64,000 nt of DNA from assembly GCA_964291295.2 (NCBI GenBank), contig OZ219754.1, positions 2,208,001-2,272,000 on the forward strand. Direction: 5' to 3'. The position numbers and the translations under genes are program-made. This DNA is from an uncultured Candidatus Binatia bacterium. Its GTDB lineage: Bacteria > Desulfobacterota > Binatia > UBA9968 > JAJDTQ01. Under the pieces are notes generated by a model that was given only the letters and a program-made list of their open reading frames with translations, did no database searches and had not been told where the DNA came from. Of the stretch, positions 62,161 to 64,000 are shown in pieces (position 1 is the stretch's first letter; each line of letters starts with the position of its first letter).

Positions 62161-62289
62161 AGATCAGTGCTTGCACGGTCAGCCGCTCTGTAGTAGTGAC
62201 TGCCCGAGATGAAATAGAAGGACGCCTTGACGAACGAAGCTTGACGTTTGCTGAGTGCCTGCGGATGTTGCAGGAGGGCAGTTCCGTGG

Positions 62290-62348
62290 CATCGTACCAA
62301 GGCCCATCGTACCAAGGCCCATCCTACCAAGGCCCATCGTGCCAAGGC
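62290..62348. repeat. 15-bp tandem repeat x4 just upstream of lipoprotein RBS
   Basis: CATCGTACCAAGGCC x2, CATCCTACCAAGGCC, CATCGTGCCAAGGC. Confidence 0.9.
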
Positions 62349-62374
62349 TTTTGAAGGCGGCAAAGGAGATCGTA

Positions 62375-64000
62375 ATGGAAAGGACGAGGACATTGATGTA
62401 CAGGATGATGTACGGGAATGTGGCGACGGTCTTGTGCGCGGTGGTGCTGGCCATGGGTCTTGCGGCATGCGGCGGCAGCAGCAACAACCGGACCCCGGAC
62501 ACTCCTACCCCCCCCCCCCCCCCCCCCGCTGACGGAAGTTGAGACGATCCTGAAGGAGGCTCGGACGGCGGCCATGACGGCATCCGGCAAGGCCATGACG
62601 GCGTCAGACAACGCCGGGACGTCGGCCGATGAGGCGGAAACGGCGACCATGGGTCTGGTGTTCCACCCTGTTCCCAAGAGGGAGATGACGGCGAAGAGCT
62701 ACGCGGAGGAGGCCCGGACCGCGGCCAACATGGCGAAGGCCGAGTACGACAAGGCCAAGATGGAGTCGGACAAGGCCGCGGCCACGAGCGACGTGCGTGC
62801 GGCCGCCAAGGCCAAAGTCGCAGCCGAGGCGGCTCAGGCGAAGGCCGAGGCTCAGGCGGCGACAGCCGCCGAAAAGGCGAAGATGGCGAAGGAAGCTGCG
62901 GCCAGGGAGGTCCGGCATGTCGAGGGAATGACCTACGAGTACGGCGGCACGCGCATCACCGCCGATGCCCCCAAGGTCACCGTCAAGACCGGGGGCAAGA
63001 CGGTGGAGAGCGGCAAGGCCGGGGACATCTCAGACGATTCAACTCGTTATTCAAAGGCCCCCGTCGCCTACGTGGCGGCAACGGATACCAAGCCGGAGGT
63101 GGCTGCCCGGACGGGATTCTATGGTCGCCTAATCAAGATCGGTTCCTACACCGACTCGGAGCAGGTCGGTTCCAGCATCGACTCGGAGGAGCTGGGTTCC
63201 ACCACCGAATCGGAGCAGTTCCGTCTCTGGCTGGTGGACAAATATATCACCAACACCAAGGCGGTGAAGGCCTACCGCAAGGACAGCGGTACTAACGGCG
63301 CCGAGTTCACGGCCCCGGTCACGGCAGAAAATCCGTTCGGCTCGCGCACCGTTGACAGCAAGACCTACAAGATCATGCGGGCGGAGGGGGAGTTCTATCG
63401 TGTCGACACCGAGGAGCATACGAAATTCGACAAGACGAATGCCAATGACTGGATCAATGTGACGCACACGGACGCGAACGCGGGCGTGGGGGTCTACTAC
63501 TACACGGATAGCAGCGGGAAAAAGGTCTATCTTCTGAGCACCGGAGCCGAGGGTGCCACGGGACTCAAGTACCGTCCGTTGCTCGTCTACGATGTGCCGG
63601 ATTTCCCGGAGGCGAAGCCCTACGAGCACATGAACTTCGGCATGTGGACCAAGAAGTCAAATCGGACCCACCTTGGCATCGCATTCGTCCAGGCGCTGCC
63701 GGGCAAGGGGCCGACCCCGACCGCCAACATGCCAAGCTTCGGCACCGCCACCTACGAGGGCCATGCATATTATCAAATCCGCGCCAAGAACAACGCTCGA
63801 ACCGTCGGCGGTTTTGCTGGAAACGCAACTACAACGGTGGATTTCGAGGAAAGCACCATCAAGACGGAAATGCACATAGTGTCTATCTATCCGAATAGGG
63901 CCAAACTTGTCCACGGACATCTCATCCCTTTCGCCACACTCCACGGCACCATCGACGGGAACCGGTTCTCGGGCAGTAAAGTGACCAATGTCAACACCGT
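62375..64000 (+). CDS. Large surface lipoprotein (Ala-rich coiled coil plus TbpB-like barrel), out of frame at a C20 tract; runs off the window
   Basis: AAGGAG RBS, lipobox LAAC-GGSS; after the C-run a different frame stays open to the window end (LTEVETILKEARTAA...HMNFGMW...GTATYEG...VDF...LHGTIDGNRFSG). Confidence 0.8.
62508..62527 (+). repeat. C20 homopolymer within lipoprotein CDS
   Basis: 20 consecutive C encoding poly-Pro; C19 or C22 would restore the frame. Confidence 0.85.

Noticed and set aside
62290-62348. CRISPR array (also considered for 56241-56287 and 8422-8491)
   Set aside because: Units are directly adjacent with no unique spacers, and there are no cas genes

Overview
High-GC bacterial chromosomal window. 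Gene order and content (ftsEX-envC-ctpA-xseAB-tlyA-rpsU-cvpA-dnaG-rpoD-tRNA-Ile2, plus expanded TPP-enzyme, amidohydrolase-2, LLM and xanthine-dehydrogenase-family paralogs) suggest a deltaproteobacterial, Binatia-like organism; this is inference only. Highlights: (1) an approximately 4-kb lower-GC island bracketed by a 154-bp direct repeat (about 95% identical), carrying a tightly packed three-gene module of a multi-TM coiled-coil protein, a TRAFAC-class GTPase with a degenerate G3 motif and a C-terminally anchored partner, which is a candidate membrane-linked conflict/defence system; (2) two selenoproteins that the ORF track truncates, a sulfurtransferase with UGA at the catalytic Cys and a UXX-star glutaredoxin-like protein, each followed by a SECIS-like hairpin; (3) two TbpB-like beta-barrel surface lipoproteins, each linked to a long poly-C tract, one of which puts its gene out of frame; (4) two copies of an IS5-type MITE, IS481-like and DUF4338 transposase remnants, two toxin-antitoxin pairs and many short intergenic tandem duplications. 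Frameshifts in ftsX and envC suggest the assembly has some indel errors, so homopolymer-based claims need read-level checks. All family assignments come from motif recognition by eye; no searches were run.
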